Shown: one piece after another, positions 8,908 to 19,103 of the stretch
Layout: the number at the start of each line of letters is the position of its first letter
Position numbering within the stretch: the first letter of the stretch is position 1
NCBI GenBank assembly: GCA_965223005.1
Contig: CBDCVK010000010.1
Location: 64,001-128,000 of the forward strand
Direction: 5' to 3'
Source: Terriglobia bacterium
GTDB taxonomy: Bacteria > Acidobacteriota > Terriglobia > JAJPHL01 > JAPKYU01
Length of the DNA: 64,000 nt
Made by a program: the position numbers and the translations under genes
The notes under the pieces: generated by a model
Database searches by the model: none
What the model was told of the DNA's origin: nothing
What the model saw: only the letters and a program-made list of their open reading frames with translations

Positions 8908-10137
8908 GATCAAATGCTAATAGATCAATCTGGGGCCTCACTGCTTCCCGTTTTGTTGCCCTTTGAGGCTTCCCGTTTTGATTTCACTGCCATTCCTGCG
9001 AGTCCGGGGATTTTCCTCCTGGAAACTGAGGGCGAGCCCTTCTTAGGAAAGAGCGCGTCGTTGCGCCGCCGGCTGCAACGCCTGTTGGGACCCCTGTTGG
9101 GACCCCTGTCGGGACCATTGCCGGGGTCTCCCGAACCGACGCCCGCCGGGACCAGGGAGGCCGCCCGCAGCGCCCGGCGCTTGAACTTGCGCGGTGCCAC
9201 CACCGCCATCCGTTACCGCGCGACCGGCTCCGTGTTTGAAACCTCCGTGTTGCTCTATCGGGCGGCGCGGGCTGCTTTTCCCGAACGCTACCGCGAGCTG
9301 CTCCGGCTGCGTCCGCCGCCGCTGCTGAAGGTGAACCTGGCGAATCCCTATCCGCGCTGCTACGTCACGCGCCGCCTGGGACCTGGTCCGGCCCTCTACT
9401 ACGGGCCGTTTCCGACGCGGGCTGCGGCCGAGAAGTTCGCCCCGCAAATCCTGGACCTGTTCCTGGTGCGCCGGTGCGTGGAGGCGATCCATCCGGACCC
9501 GTCTCATCCCGGCTGCATCTACGGCGAGATGAGCATGTGCCTGCGCCCGTGCCAGGACGCCTGCACCCAGGAGCACTATCGGGAGGAGGTGGCGCGCCTT
9601 ACGACTTTCTTCTCCAGTAGCGGCACGTCGCTGGTAAAGATCATCGAGGCCGAGCGCGACGCCGCCTCCGAGCAACTGGACTTTGAGGAGGCTGCGCGCC
9701 TGCAACGGCGACTGGAGAAGGTCGAACAGGCGATGAAGCACAGGCCTGAGCTTGCCATGGACCTGGAGCACCTGAACGGACTGGTGATACAACCGTCGGC
9801 CCAATCGCCCGCAGTGGAATTGTTCCCTCTCTGGAGGGGCTTCCTGCAGCCCCAAGTAACCTTTACCTTGGAGGTGGTGGATGGCAGGCCGGTGTCGCTG
9901 GACGCCCGGCTGCGCGAGCTGCTCCTAGGCCTAGAGTTCAGTGAGGGCTCGGTGCGGTCTCGTGCCGAGCATCTGGCGTTACTGGCGCGCTGGTACTACC
10001 GTGGCACGCGGGTGGGCGAGTTCGTTCCCTTTGACAGCTACCGGCAGCTTCCTTTCCGTAAGATTGTCGGGGCCGTCAGCCGCGTGGCCCGCCGCGCTTC
10101 TCCACCCCCGGGTTCATCGGAAACGCTTCCCGCCTGA
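8845..10137 (+). CDS. UvrC N-terminal-like (Cho-like) protein: degenerate GIY-YIG, Cys cluster, UVR domain
   Basis: PASPGIF..FLGKS..LRRRL, YYGPF, RRC..CIYGEMSMCLRPC, ASEQLDFEEAA; no RNaseH/HhH half; true start probably 8905 or 8914. Confidence 0.8.
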   Translation: MQEPTRQSSIQPLPTGQQSSMDQMLIDQSGASLLPVLLPFEASRFDFTAIPASPGIFLLETEGEPFLGKSASLRRRLQRLLGPLLGPLSGPLPGSPEPTPAGTREAARSARRLNLRGATTAIRYRATGSVFETSVLLYRAARAAFPERYRELLRLRPPPLLKVNLANPYPRCYVTRRLGPGPALYYGPFPTRAAAEKFAPQILDLFLVRRCVEAIHPDPSHPGCIYGEMSMCLRPCQDACTQEHYREEVARLTTFFSSSGTSLVKIIEAERDAASEQLDFEEAARLQRRLEKVEQAMKHRPELAMDLEHLNGLVIQPSAQSPAVELFPLWRGFLQPQVTFTLEVVDGRPVSLDARLRELLLGLEFSEGSVRSRAEHLALLARWYYRGTRVGEFVPFDSYRQLPFRKIVGAVSRVARRASPPPGSSETLPA

Positions 10138-10225
10138 GCTTGGCGTTTTGGACAGGCCCCACCGCCCACTACTCAGGCGCGCCAGGCTTGCGGAAAAGGC
10201 GTGACTGATATATGGAACCAGAGAA

Positions 10226-11998
10226 ATGGAATGCATGCCCCAGCAGCAAAGGCTTTCCTTGCGCTGGTATCTGATCCTGTTCGGCTTTTCAGCCGCGGTG
10301 GGCCTCCTAGTGTTGTGGCGTTATCCGGTCATCTATGGTGGTGACCCGATTATTCGCCTGACGAACTGGGAGCACCTTCGGCTGGCTTACCAATTACCCC
10401 TATTCCAGATGGTGGTCCACTTGGCCACCCGCATTACCCCTGACCCGCTTTTTCTCCGCTTGGTCCTGGTGCTGATTTCTGCGCTGGGAGCGTGCGGAAT
10501 GGCGCGGTTGGCCGCTACCGCCTTTGGGGCCGAAAGTGGAATCTACGCCGGCCTGCTGTTTGCTTCCAATCACTTCCTGATCTTCCTGGGAAGTGCGCCC
10601 TACCAGGAGGTACTGGAGTTGACCCTGCTGTTTTGGGGCCTGGCTTTGATTTTCGGCCGGTCCCGGAGAGCGGTGCAGGCAGCCGGTTACCTGTTGCTGG
10701 CTGCCGCCTGCCTCACTCGCTATGAGGCGTGGTTTGCGGCCCTGGCAGCGGCGATGGTGCGCCTGATCCAGTGCCGCCCGCGCCCTCTCGCAGCCTTGCG
10801 CCTTGCGCTGCCGTTCGCCCTCGGCCCGCTGGCCTGGATCATTCTTAATCATGGCCTTTCTCCAGGCGGAACCATCTTGTTCGACCCCGCTTTCCGGCCA
10901 GCGCGCTTGTGGCGGATTCCCTACCTTTTGGGCGCGTCGCTGAACCACACCACGTCAGTGGTGGCGGTGTTGGCGCTTGCCGGATTCTGGATCTGGTGGC
11001 GGGATCCGGAGCGGAAACGGCATGCGGGGGTCGTTGAAACCTTGCTGCTAGCGATGGGGTTTTTCCTGCTAGCGCTGCCCCTGACCGCCCACGGAATGGA
11101 GCCGGATTACGACCGCTACGTGACCAACCGCGAAGTCCATTTCCTGCTACCGTGCGGGTTTCTCATGGCGGCTGCCGGATTGCGCTGGCTTCGCGGTCGC
11201 ATGCCGGCCGTATTGGCCGTGACGGCAGCCCCGGCCGTCCTGGTGTTTCTGGTGACGTTTGCCTACGAGGGCTATGCCACCAAGAGAATCCTGGACCAGT
11301 CGGTGAACGAGGGCAATCTGCAGTTGGACTTCGCGCTGGCGCAGATGCTTTCCACGCGCCTCGGTCCCGATCAAACGGCGCTGATTTTCGCCCGCCCCTT
11401 GCCTCCGGAGCAGACGCAGCATTTTTTGGAGTTGATCCGGCGCCGGCAGGGCGAGGCCGGAGTCCGGGCCGCCCGCCAGATGATGGCGGGCATAAACATC
11501 TGGCCTTTCGACTACGCCCGCATCTGGGTGCACGCGCCGCGGCTGCGCGAACAGCTGGTGCGGGCACAGCAGGCCGATGGTTGGGCCCCAGGCTCAGCGG
11601 CGCTGGCCATCGTCTTTGATGACTACACACCCTCGAACCCTGCCGAGCAGGCGTTGCTGGAAAGGGTGCAGCGGGTAGCCACGGCCAGCGAGCGTTACCC
11701 GCCTTTGCTTCCCGAACGTGCCGGCGCCACCGTCTACTTCTTGTCGCGCTCTCTGTCCGTGTTGCCCTCCCTTACTTTGCCCATTTACGCTTGGGCGCCA
11801 GTTCGTTGTAGAATTCCTGCGCAATTAAGGTCAAGTTTCTATGTCGGCGTATCGACCCCGAGATCCTCTTCTTCTGTCGGTGGAGACCCCCTTGCGGGCG
11901 GTCTTTCGCCCGCTCGGGTTCCGGCTCGAGGTCGAAACCAACGACCGGCGGATTCTGGAATCCGTGGAGTCAAGTTTCCGCATTTTTTCGCAGGCTGA
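10226..11998 (+). CDS. Polytopic membrane protein, GT-C/ArnT-like glycosyltransferase candidate
   Basis: About 10 hydrophobic segments, GDP near first loop, ACLTRYEAW motif; last ~80 aa look like non-conserved run-on overlapping the next gene. Confidence 0.6.
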   Translation: MECMPQQQRLSLRWYLILFGFSAAVGLLVLWRYPVIYGGDPIIRLTNWEHLRLAYQLPLFQMVVHLATRITPDPLFLRLVLVLISALGACGMARLAATAFGAESGIYAGLLFASNHFLIFLGSAPYQEVLELTLLFWGLALIFGRSRRAVQAAGYLLLAAACLTRYEAWFAALAAAMVRLIQCRPRPLAALRLALPFALGPLAWIILNHGLSPGGTILFDPAFRPARLWRIPYLLGASLNHTTSVVAVLALAGFWIWWRDPERKRHAGVVETLLLAMGFFLLALPLTAHGMEPDYDRYVTNREVHFLLPCGFLMAAAGLRWLRGRMPAVLAVTAAPAVLVFLVTFAYEGYATKRILDQSVNEGNLQLDFALAQMLSTRLGPDQTALIFARPLPPEQTQHFLELIRRRQGEAGVRAARQMMAGINIWPFDYARIWVHAPRLREQLVRAQQADGWAPGSAALAIVFDDYTPSNPAEQALLERVQRVATASERYPPLLPERAGATVYFLSRSLSVLPSLTLPIYAWAPVRCRIPAQLRSSFYVGVSTPRSSSSVGGDPLAGGLSPARVPARGRNQRPADSGIRGVKFPHFFAG

Positions 11999-12851
11999 GC
12001 CTCTTGCCGGCGTGCCGACTGAGGAAGCTAGCCTGCACATGCGGCTTGTGTGCGCGCCTTCAGATTCCAATGGGCCTCCCTGGGCGCCGGCGGCATATCG
12101 GGCCTGGGGGGACCTGTTCGCCGTGGTGTGCGGTCCGGATAATTTCATGGTGGCGGACCTGGACCGGCGGCGGGTCATGGGTTTTTTTTCACCAGCGATG
12201 CTGGAAGACCGCGAGTTCTTCCGCTGGACCTTTCCTGACTGCGCCACCTATGTGTTGCTGGTGCACCACTGGCTCACCCCGGTGCACGCCTCCTGCGTCG
12301 TGCGCGACGGGTATGGCATCTGCCTGTCGGGACCAGCGGGGGCCGGCAAAACATCGCTGGCCTACGCTTGCGCCCGCGCCGGCTATCGGCTGTTGACTGA
12401 GGATGTCGTTTACTTGAACCGTTCTGAAAACTCGGCGGCGCTTCTAGGAAACCCCACACACCTTCACTTTCTGGTGTCGGCGCGCGAGCTGTTTCCCGAG
12501 CTCAAGCAGGCCCAGGTCACTATGAGTCGTGACCGCCAGGAGTGCCTGGCGGTGCGCACGGAGGAATGGCTGCCGGGTCGCGCGGTGACCGAGGCCAAGC
12601 CCGGCATGGTGGTTTTTCTCGAGCGCAGTGCCGGCGCCGCGCCGGTCCTGGAAACAGTGCCTGCTGCCGAGGCACGCCGACTGCTGTTCGAGGCGCTGGT
12701 TCGGCTGGATGACGAGCAAACCATGGTGGCACACGGCCAAGCGCTCCGGCGTTTTGTCGAAGCCGGCGCCTACCGGCTCCGCTACTCCAATTGGGACCAG
12801 GCTCTCGAACAATTGGACAGCCTGCCTTTGCCAAACAGAACTGCAAAATGA
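11841..12851 (+). CDS. HPr kinase/phosphorylase-related kinase
   Basis: VHASCV, Walker A GPAGAGKTS, LLTEDVVY motif. Confidence 0.8.
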   Translation: MSAYRPRDPLLLSVETPLRAVFRPLGFRLEVETNDRRILESVESSFRIFSQAEPLAGVPTEEASLHMRLVCAPSDSNGPPWAPAAYRAWGDLFAVVCGPDNFMVADLDRRRVMGFFSPAMLEDREFFRWTFPDCATYVLLVHHWLTPVHASCVVRDGYGICLSGPAGAGKTSLAYACARAGYRLLTEDVVYLNRSENSAALLGNPTHLHFLVSARELFPELKQAQVTMSRDRQECLAVRTEEWLPGRAVTEAKPGMVVFLERSAGAAPVLETVPAAEARRLLFEALVRLDDEQTMVAHGQALRRFVEAGAYRLRYSNWDQALEQLDSLPLPNRTAK

Positions 12852-13045
12852 TTCCCGGGTCACTGAGCACTGTCGTCTGGATTGGGTTGTTCTTGTTCGC
12901 CTGGGTGCCCCCCGTGTGAGGCCAAGTGGCTTCGGCCACCATTACCCGTGTGGTCTAGGACCCGTCGGGAATGCCGGTCCCAGAAGCGCTGGTGAGGGCG
13001 CAGTCGCTCAACCTCGCTTTCGAGCGTTCGCAGCAGAGCGCAACC
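12848..13045 (+). pseudogene. Remnant 5' end of a TonB-dependent-receptor-type gene (signal peptide + carboxypeptidase-regulatory-like domain)
   Basis: ATGA overlap with kinase stop; in-frame MIPGSLSTVVWIGLFLFAWVPPV*GQVASATITRVV*DPSGMPVPEALVRAQS contains two stops. Confidence 0.65.
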
Positions 13046-13114
13046 GCGCCGCATCCAGATTGCGCTGAACCTGAATCTGTAAGATTTCATGAAGCGCGAG
13101 CACACGAAAGCACA

Positions 13115-14329
13115 ATGAAGCCCGCGGAATTGGCAACGACGTGCCTTTCTTTTGATCCGCCGACGGCACATCGGGCGCTCGGCGAGTGGGCCACAGGTGA
13201 CGAAGCGAAGCGTCGCAGTCTGCTCACCTTTGCCGACCGGGCCGGTCTGACCCTGCACCTTCGGCGGGTGGCCCAAGACGCAGGGGTAGAGCTGCCTCCC
13301 GCGGACCGGGCGGCCTGCGAGGAACGCCTGCGAAAAAACAGGCTGCGTTTGCAGAAGCACAGGGAGGGGACCGCCGCGCTGTTGGCGCTGTTCCGCAGCG
13401 CCGTCCTGCGTAGCTTCACCCTGGAGCCGGAGTTTGTGCCCGCGGCCCACGACCGGGTCCAATACGACCTGGATTTCTACCTCTCTCCCGACCACGCCCG
13501 GATGGCGTTTGCCCTGCTGCAGGCGCGCGGCTATGAGCCCCTGATCAGCCGTGACGGTGGGCCGCTCGACCACCTGCCTGCGCTGGCCCGCAAGACCGGC
13601 TGGGAATGGCGCGGTGATTTTTTCGACCTCGACATCCCGCTGCGGATTGATCTGCACTTCCAGTTGTGGGACTCCGGCTTCGAATGCATTCCGGTCCAGT
13701 TCCATCCAGAGCCACTGACGCGCCTGACCGAGCGGCACGGGATTCCCATGCTGGACGGCTGCGATCAGCTTGCTTCGTGCGCGTTACACACGCTGCGGCA
13801 CCTGTTCCGGGGCAGCCTACGCGTGTCGCACTTGTACGAAATCGCGTATTTCCTCGACACGCACGCTTCTGCCAGCGAGTTTTGGCGCCAATGGCGCGAG
13901 GCGCTCAACCCGTCCCTGCGCCGCCTTTGCGCCGCCACTTTCGCTTTGGCTTCCCGGGTGTTTCAGTGCCGCCTGGCTCCCGAGCTTGAGCCCGAGATGG
14001 CGCTGCTGCCACCGCGGGCCAGTGCCTGGGTGACGCAGTTTTCCAGCACGGTGGTCGAACAGCAGCGTTCCCGCAAGGCGGAGGTGTTGCTGCAACTGAG
14101 CTTCATTGCAGGATGGCGCCGCCGGCTGCGGGTGCTGCGGCGGCGCTTGCTGCCGCTGTCGCTGCCCGATCCTGTTGATGCGGTCTACCTGCCGGCCGAA
14201 CGGCTCTCTGCGGCACGTCGTCTTCTGCGGACCACGCGCCAGGCTCGCTTTGTTCTGTCTCGCGTATTCTTTCACTTGCGGGCCCTTCCGGGCTTCTTGC
14301 GGGCTGTGGGCGCTTGGTGGTTGCGGTGA
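13115..14329 (+). CDS. Nucleotidyltransferase family protein (NTP_transf_5-like)
   Basis: RVQYDLDFYL (R...DxD), IDLHFQLW, LYEIAYFL; ATG 13115 chosen because the upstream frame is the receptor remnant. Confidence 0.78.
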   Translation: MKPAELATTCLSFDPPTAHRALGEWATGDEAKRRSLLTFADRAGLTLHLRRVAQDAGVELPPADRAACEERLRKNRLRLQKHREGTAALLALFRSAVLRSFTLEPEFVPAAHDRVQYDLDFYLSPDHARMAFALLQARGYEPLISRDGGPLDHLPALARKTGWEWRGDFFDLDIPLRIDLHFQLWDSGFECIPVQFHPEPLTRLTERHGIPMLDGCDQLASCALHTLRHLFRGSLRVSHLYEIAYFLDTHASASEFWRQWREALNPSLRRLCAATFALASRVFQCRLAPELEPEMALLPPRASAWVTQFSSTVVEQQRSRKAEVLLQLSFIAGWRRRLRVLRRRLLPLSLPDPVDAVYLPAERLSAARRLLRTTRQARFVLSRVFFHLRALPGFLRAVGAWWLR

Positions 14330-14338
14330 ACCGGGGCG

Positions 14339-15493
14339 TCACGGGCGTGGCGGCCGCTGCGCTATTTGCCGCGTTATTTTCTCCAGCATTTCTGCGCGAA
14401 AGCGCTCCACTTGCCAGCGACGCTGGTAGCTCTCCCGTCCGCCGCGAATAAGTTTTTCCCGAAGCCAGTGGTCGCCCAAGAGCTGAACCAGCGTCCGTGC
14501 CAGATCGGCGGCATTGCCGCGGGGGAACAGCAGGCCGTTGTACCCCGGCTCAATCACTTCCGGGATGCCGCCGGCGTCGGAGGCTACCACTGCAATGCCG
14601 CCCGCGAACGCTTCCAGGATCACCCGCCCCAGGGCCTCTCGATGCGAGGCAACCGCCAACACGTCGAGGTCGGCCAGGGCGCCCGTGGGGGAGGGCAGCG
14701 GCCCGGAAAATTCCACCCGTCTGGCTCCCAACGCCTTTGCCCGCTGGTAAAGCCGGCGGGCGTATGCTTCATCGGCCACAGCCCCCACCAGCCGAAACCG
14801 CGCTTCCGGAAAGGCCTGCAACACTACGGGCGCGGCGCGCAGCAGATCAAGCTGGCCCTTGTCGGGATGAAGCGCACCGATGATTCCGATGATCGGCCGA
14901 TGCGCAGGAGTCGTAGCTGAGATCCGTTGAGCTTGCTGGCTGGGGAGTTTCAGTAGAGGAACGCCGTTGTAGACGACCTCAGCGCTTCGCCGAATCAGGC
15001 TGCGGCGCGAAAACGGCCGCAGGCACGCGTGACTGCAAGCCACCACCGTCGGGCGGGCCAGGCGAGCCGCCGCCTGTACCAGGCGCCGCTCGCGAGCCGA
15101 TGCCAGTTCCAGGTGCAGGTGCCAGAGCAGAGGAAGGCCGCAGCGGCGGGCGACCACCGCCGTGGCAGGAAACAAGCGCGGCCCGTTGGCGTAAAGCAGG
15201 GCCGCCGGCAGCGCGCGCGCCAATTGCGTGAGGCGCGTGACCAATGCCGGATGGCGCAGCGCATAGCGCAGCATGTCGGCTGGCGACTTGGTTTTCGAGC
15301 CGTAGCGTCCCACTGCCAGCGGCTCCCAGCGAATCCGCAGGCGCTCCAGCTCGGCGGTGAGCGGCCCAGGGCCGGGCAGCGCCACCACCGGAGTGTAAGA
15401 TTCGGCCATCGCCGGGAGCAGCTCCAGCAGGGAACGCTGGGCGCCGCCCAATTCCGAAAACTGGTCCGCGATTAGAATCGTTGGACGGCTCAT
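14339..15493 (-). CDS. Glycosyltransferase family 4
   Basis: GGAQRSL, VVYNGV, KGQ, EALGRVILEAFAGG..VVASDAGGIPE. Confidence 0.9.
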   Translation of the reverse strand: MSRPTILIADQFSELGGAQRSLLELLPAMAESYTPVVALPGPGPLTAELERLRIRWEPLAVGRYGSKTKSPADMLRYALRHPALVTRLTQLARALPAALLYANGPRLFPATAVVARRCGLPLLWHLHLELASARERRLVQAAARLARPTVVACSHACLRPFSRRSLIRRSAEVVYNGVPLLKLPSQQAQRISATTPAHRPIIGIIGALHPDKGQLDLLRAAPVVLQAFPEARFRLVGAVADEAYARRLYQRAKALGARRVEFSGPLPSPTGALADLDVLAVASHREALGRVILEAFAGGIAVVASDAGGIPEVIEPGYNGLLFPRGNAADLARTLVQLLGDHWLREKLIRGGRESYQRRWQVERFRAEMLEKITRQIAQRPPRP

Positions 15494-16965
15494 CGCTGGC
15501 TCGGTAACTCCCCCGCTAGCGTGCGGCTGCGCCGTATGGCTGCGCCTAGAATGGCAAAGTACACGGGGGTGACCCGCCAGTAGGTGAGGGTGTCGCCGGA
15601 GAGCATCTGCACCATCTGACCGCACCAGAAAGCAAATAGGAAGCAGCCGAGTGCCGCTACGGCGGCCTCGCTGTGACGGCCCAGGCGGTAGGCGTGCGCC
15701 AACAGCGCTCCGCACAGCAACAACAAAGCTAATAGGCCGGGAAGGCCGGTCTCCACCAGCAAGCTCAGGTACATATTGTCGGCCACGATGTCCCGCCCGA
15801 AGTACGCGGTGTAGGGAAGCGATTTGTAGCCGATGCCCAACAACAAGTGCTGCGGGTTCTCCGCGAGAAAGCCGGCGAGGAAGTGCCACGATTCCAGGCG
15901 GAAGGAGAACACGCGGTTGGGATCGTCGAGCAGTTGCGAGAAGGTGAAGACTACCCGGTATCCGTAGCGAAGCGCCATTTCAGGCGCAAGCAAGATCACC
16001 GCGAGTGCAGCAGCGGCCGACAGCATCACCATCCTGAGTACGGGGCGGAGGCGCCACAGCGCGTTTCGGCGCAGCCAAGCCAGCACCAACAGCGCGATCA
16101 GAAGGTTGGCCATGGAAGCGCGCGAGAAGGAAAGCAGCAGCGCGGCCGCTAGCACAGGCACCGGCAGCCAGAGGAGCCAGTTTGGAAGACGGAGCTGGCG
16201 GCGCGCTTCCCCATCCAAGGCCGCAATCAGCGCCAGCACCATGGCGCAGAAATTTCCCAGCGTGCTGGCGTCATAGAAGACACCCTGCGCCCGCCGGTAG
16301 TGGCCTTCCGGCATGTAAATGTACTGGGCAGAGAAGCGCACCGGAGTGGGGAACTTGTAGAAAAAATCCACAACGGCGAAGGCTGCCGACAACAACGCCA
16401 CCACGAGCACAACTTTTACCAGCAGCGCGGCGAAGTTTCCGGAGCTTCTGGAGCCATCTGCTCCGGCGCGCGCTGCCGGGCCCCAGGCGGTCCAGGCCAG
16501 CAGGACGAAACTCTGGCAGAGCAGTAACCAGCGGAGTGCGGACTGCGCTCCGACGGCGGTCCCGGAGTAAAAAAATGCGAGGGGAAGTGACGCCAGCAGG
16601 ATGCCGAGAAACGCGTACCAGGCCAGGACCAGCGAGCTACGTTCCAGGCGCCATTCGGGCAAGCGTACCCAGCCGACCAGCAGTGCAGCCGCGAACACTG
16701 CAACCGCCGGATGCACCGGCAATTCCAGCCCGGCCACCGTAACTGGAAATGGCGGAGCCACCAGCGCAAGAGCAATCCAGATGGGAATCCAGGCGAGAGG
16801 GTGGCTGAGCAGGAAAGCCAGAGCTGCGGCGGCCGCCGGAACAATCAGCAAAGCAGCCGTCGCCGGCACGTCGCGTATCAGAGCGGCCGTTCCGGCGGAG
16901 GCTGCAATCAGCGCCAGTGGCCAGCGGCGCGCCTGAGGGAACGGGAAACCAAACTGATGCATCAC
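15490..16965 (-). CDS. O-antigen ligase/polymerase (Wzy_C) family membrane protein
   Basis: RAQGVF, LSFSRAS, RLESW, LGIGY, DNMYLSLLVETGLPG. Confidence 0.82.
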   Translation of the reverse strand: MMHQFGFPFPQARRWPLALIAASAGTAALIRDVPATAALLIVPAAAAALAFLLSHPLAWIPIWIALALVAPPFPVTVAGLELPVHPAVAVFAAALLVGWVRLPEWRLERSSLVLAWYAFLGILLASLPLAFFYSGTAVGAQSALRWLLLCQSFVLLAWTAWGPAARAGADGSRSSGNFAALLVKVVLVVALLSAAFAVVDFFYKFPTPVRFSAQYIYMPEGHYRRAQGVFYDASTLGNFCAMVLALIAALDGEARRQLRLPNWLLWLPVPVLAAALLLSFSRASMANLLIALLVLAWLRRNALWRLRPVLRMVMLSAAAALAVILLAPEMALRYGYRVVFTFSQLLDDPNRVFSFRLESWHFLAGFLAENPQHLLLGIGYKSLPYTAYFGRDIVADNMYLSLLVETGLPGLLALLLLCGALLAHAYRLGRHSEAAVAALGCFLFAFWCGQMVQMLSGDTLTYWRVTPVYFAILGAAIRRSRTLAGELPSQR

Positions 16966-17025
16966 AATTTGGATATCTGCGACTTAAATCTGGAAATTAA
17001 TCCTAGATTCCGCCAATTGTGAGGA

Positions 17026-18174
17026 TTATACCCTACGTGGCTCCGGCTCTGCGTAATCTGCGGATTCTTGTTCAGACATTTTCGTCACTTTTGTTAAAAA
17101 CAGCCGCAATGCGCTTTCAAAACGGAGCCGGGAAAATTGCAGGCTGTTCCTGCGAGCAGCATCTGCGTCGAAGTCCAAATCTTCCAGCGCGGCAACAGCG
17201 GCCGCCAGCGAACTTTCTGTTTGCTCGGAAAAGAAAATCCCGGTTCGGCCGGGTAGGATCGTCTCCAGCGCGCCTCCGTGCCCGTAAGCCACGACCGGCT
17301 TGCCGCAGGCCTGTGCCTCGAGCGGAACGATGCCAAAATCCTCCAGCCCGGGGAAAAGCAGGGCACGACAGGCGCGATAGAGTTCGCGCAGACGCTCGTC
17401 GCTGACCCAGCCGGTGAACTTCACGTTCGGACCGGCGATGCGGCGCAAGGCGCGGGCTTGTGAGCCGCTGCCGGCCACGACCAGCCGCTTTCCCAGCCGG
17501 TTCATCGCGCGGATGGCCAGATCCACGCGCTTGTACGGCTCCAGCGCCGCAACCACCAAAAAATAGCGGCCAGTTGAAGTCGGGTTGCCCGGGCCCGGCG
17601 TAAAAAACTCCGTATCCACCGGGGGATGCAGCACAACCGAGTGACGCCCGTAGAGTTTCCAAATTCGTTGCCGCACGTTTTCCGAATTGGCCAAGAACTG
17701 CATGACCCCGTGGCTGGAACGCAAATCCCACTTGCGCAGGTTCCCCTGCCAGGCCCCCAGAAGCAGCTTGCGCAGCCGGCGTAGCGGCCCGAACTGAAAG
17801 TAGTCTGCCGAGGTGTCCCAGAGGTAGCGCATCGGCGTGTGGCAGTAGCAGAGGTGGGGAACGCCGGCCGGGACACGGACTCCCTTGGCGACGGCGTGGC
17901 TGCTGCTGAGCACCAAGTCGTAACCCCGCAGATCGAAGCCTTCCACCGCCGCCGGCGCCAGCGGCAGCAGGTAGCGATAGTAACGCCCGACACCTGGCAG
18001 CTGGTTCAGCCAGGAAACAATGACCTGGTGGCCGGCCACCAACTGGCCCACTTTTTCCGGGAGATAGAACAGCGTGAACAGGTCGGCGCCTGGCAGGAGG
18101 CGGCAGAACGACTCCAACACCTTTTCGCCGCCCCGCCTACCGGTCAGCCAGTCGTGGACGATGGCCACTTTCAT
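17026..18174 (-). CDS. Glycosyltransferase family 4
   Basis: MKVAIVHDWL..GGEKV, YCHTPMRY, EDFGIVPLEAQACGKPV. Confidence 0.92.
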   Translation of the reverse strand: MKVAIVHDWLTGRRGGEKVLESFCRLLPGADLFTLFYLPEKVGQLVAGHQVIVSWLNQLPGVGRYYRYLLPLAPAAVEGFDLRGYDLVLSSSHAVAKGVRVPAGVPHLCYCHTPMRYLWDTSADYFQFGPLRRLRKLLLGAWQGNLRKWDLRSSHGVMQFLANSENVRQRIWKLYGRHSVVLHPPVDTEFFTPGPGNPTSTGRYFLVVAALEPYKRVDLAIRAMNRLGKRLVVAGSGSQARALRRIAGPNVKFTGWVSDERLRELYRACRALLFPGLEDFGIVPLEAQACGKPVVAYGHGGALETILPGRTGIFFSEQTESSLAAAVAALEDLDFDADAARRNSLQFSRLRFESALRLFLTKVTKMSEQESADYAEPEPRRV

Positions 18175-18182
18175 GGCCACCT

Positions 18183-19103
18183 TCAGGGAACGCCAACGTG
18201 TGTGTGGTTCTCTTGGGAGGACCTGACCCGAACTTCGCCGGCGCCCCGCTCCGGAGCCCAGTTCCACACCCAGGTTTCGTAGAGAAGACTGCCCAAAAAC
18301 CCCAGCAATGCCGCTAGCAGGACATTCAATCCCAGGCGCGGGCCGTTGGGATGGGAAGGAACAATCCCCGAATCGGCGAGGAGCAGCTCTTCTTGGCGGG
18401 CGGCCATGTCGAGCTCGGCTTGGCTGGCGCGCTTGCTGTGGGATACTATGGCACTCTCCGCCAACGAGTAGTTGAGCTCCAGCTCCTTGCGGCGCAACTT
18501 GGGAGGAGCCGCATCGGCGCGGCTGGTGCGCTGGAATTTTTCCAGCGCCTCTTGCGTTTCGCCCAACCGGGCGAGGAGCCGTTCCTGCTCTTTTTCAAAC
18601 TGCTGCGCCGCCCGTTGCGCTTCCGCCGAGTTCATTGCCGCAATCGACTGGGCAGCCAGGCGTGCCAAGCTGAGGGCAACTTCGTGCGCCTTCTGTGGAT
18701 TCGGAAGACGAACACGCACCTTCAGAATCTTCGTGTTTTTCAGCAGGGTGACGTTCAGCGCCGAGCCGCGGAAACTGTCCACAGTGTAGCCGTAGGGAGG
18801 CTGGTCCAGCTGGGCCTGGCGAATCAGGCGATCCAGCAATCCATCACTCTGCAGAACATGCTCATAGCTCCGCAAGTACTGCAAGTAGGTATGGTTTACG
18901 AAGGCAGGGAAGCTCGCCTCGCTGCCAGCCCGCTGGATGATTGCAGGTTGGATCACCAGCGTGCCGGTCGCCTCGTACGTTTTTGGCAACAGCAGGCTCA
19001 CGGCCAGGGCGACGGCTGAGGCCGCCGCAACCAAGAGCGCCATGCGCTTCCAGCGGCCCAGCATAACCCGCAGATACGCCATCAGTTCAAAAGGAGCGGG
19101 CAT
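18183..19103 (-). CDS. Wzz/GumC-like polysaccharide chain-length determinant
   Basis: N-terminal TM + PKTYEA, coiled coil, Pro-rich motif + C-terminal TM. Confidence 0.8.
   Translation of the reverse strand: MPAPFELMAYLRVMLGRWKRMALLVAAASAVALAVSLLLPKTYEATGTLVIQPAIIQRAGSEASFPAFVNHTYLQYLRSYEHVLQSDGLLDRLIRQAQLDQPPYGYTVDSFRGSALNVTLLKNTKILKVRVRLPNPQKAHEVALSLARLAAQSIAAMNSAEAQRAAQQFEKEQERLLARLGETQEALEKFQRTSRADAAPPKLRRKELELNYSLAESAIVSHSKRASQAELDMAARQEELLLADSGIVPSHPNGPRLGLNVLLAALLGFLGSLLYETWVWNWAPERGAGEVRVRSSQENHTHVGVP

Noticed and set aside
12848-12919. 23-aa ORF as a lasso/RiPP precursor for the kinase
   Set aside because: No lasso leader/core motif; it reads as a signal peptide continuing past the stop into a receptor domain
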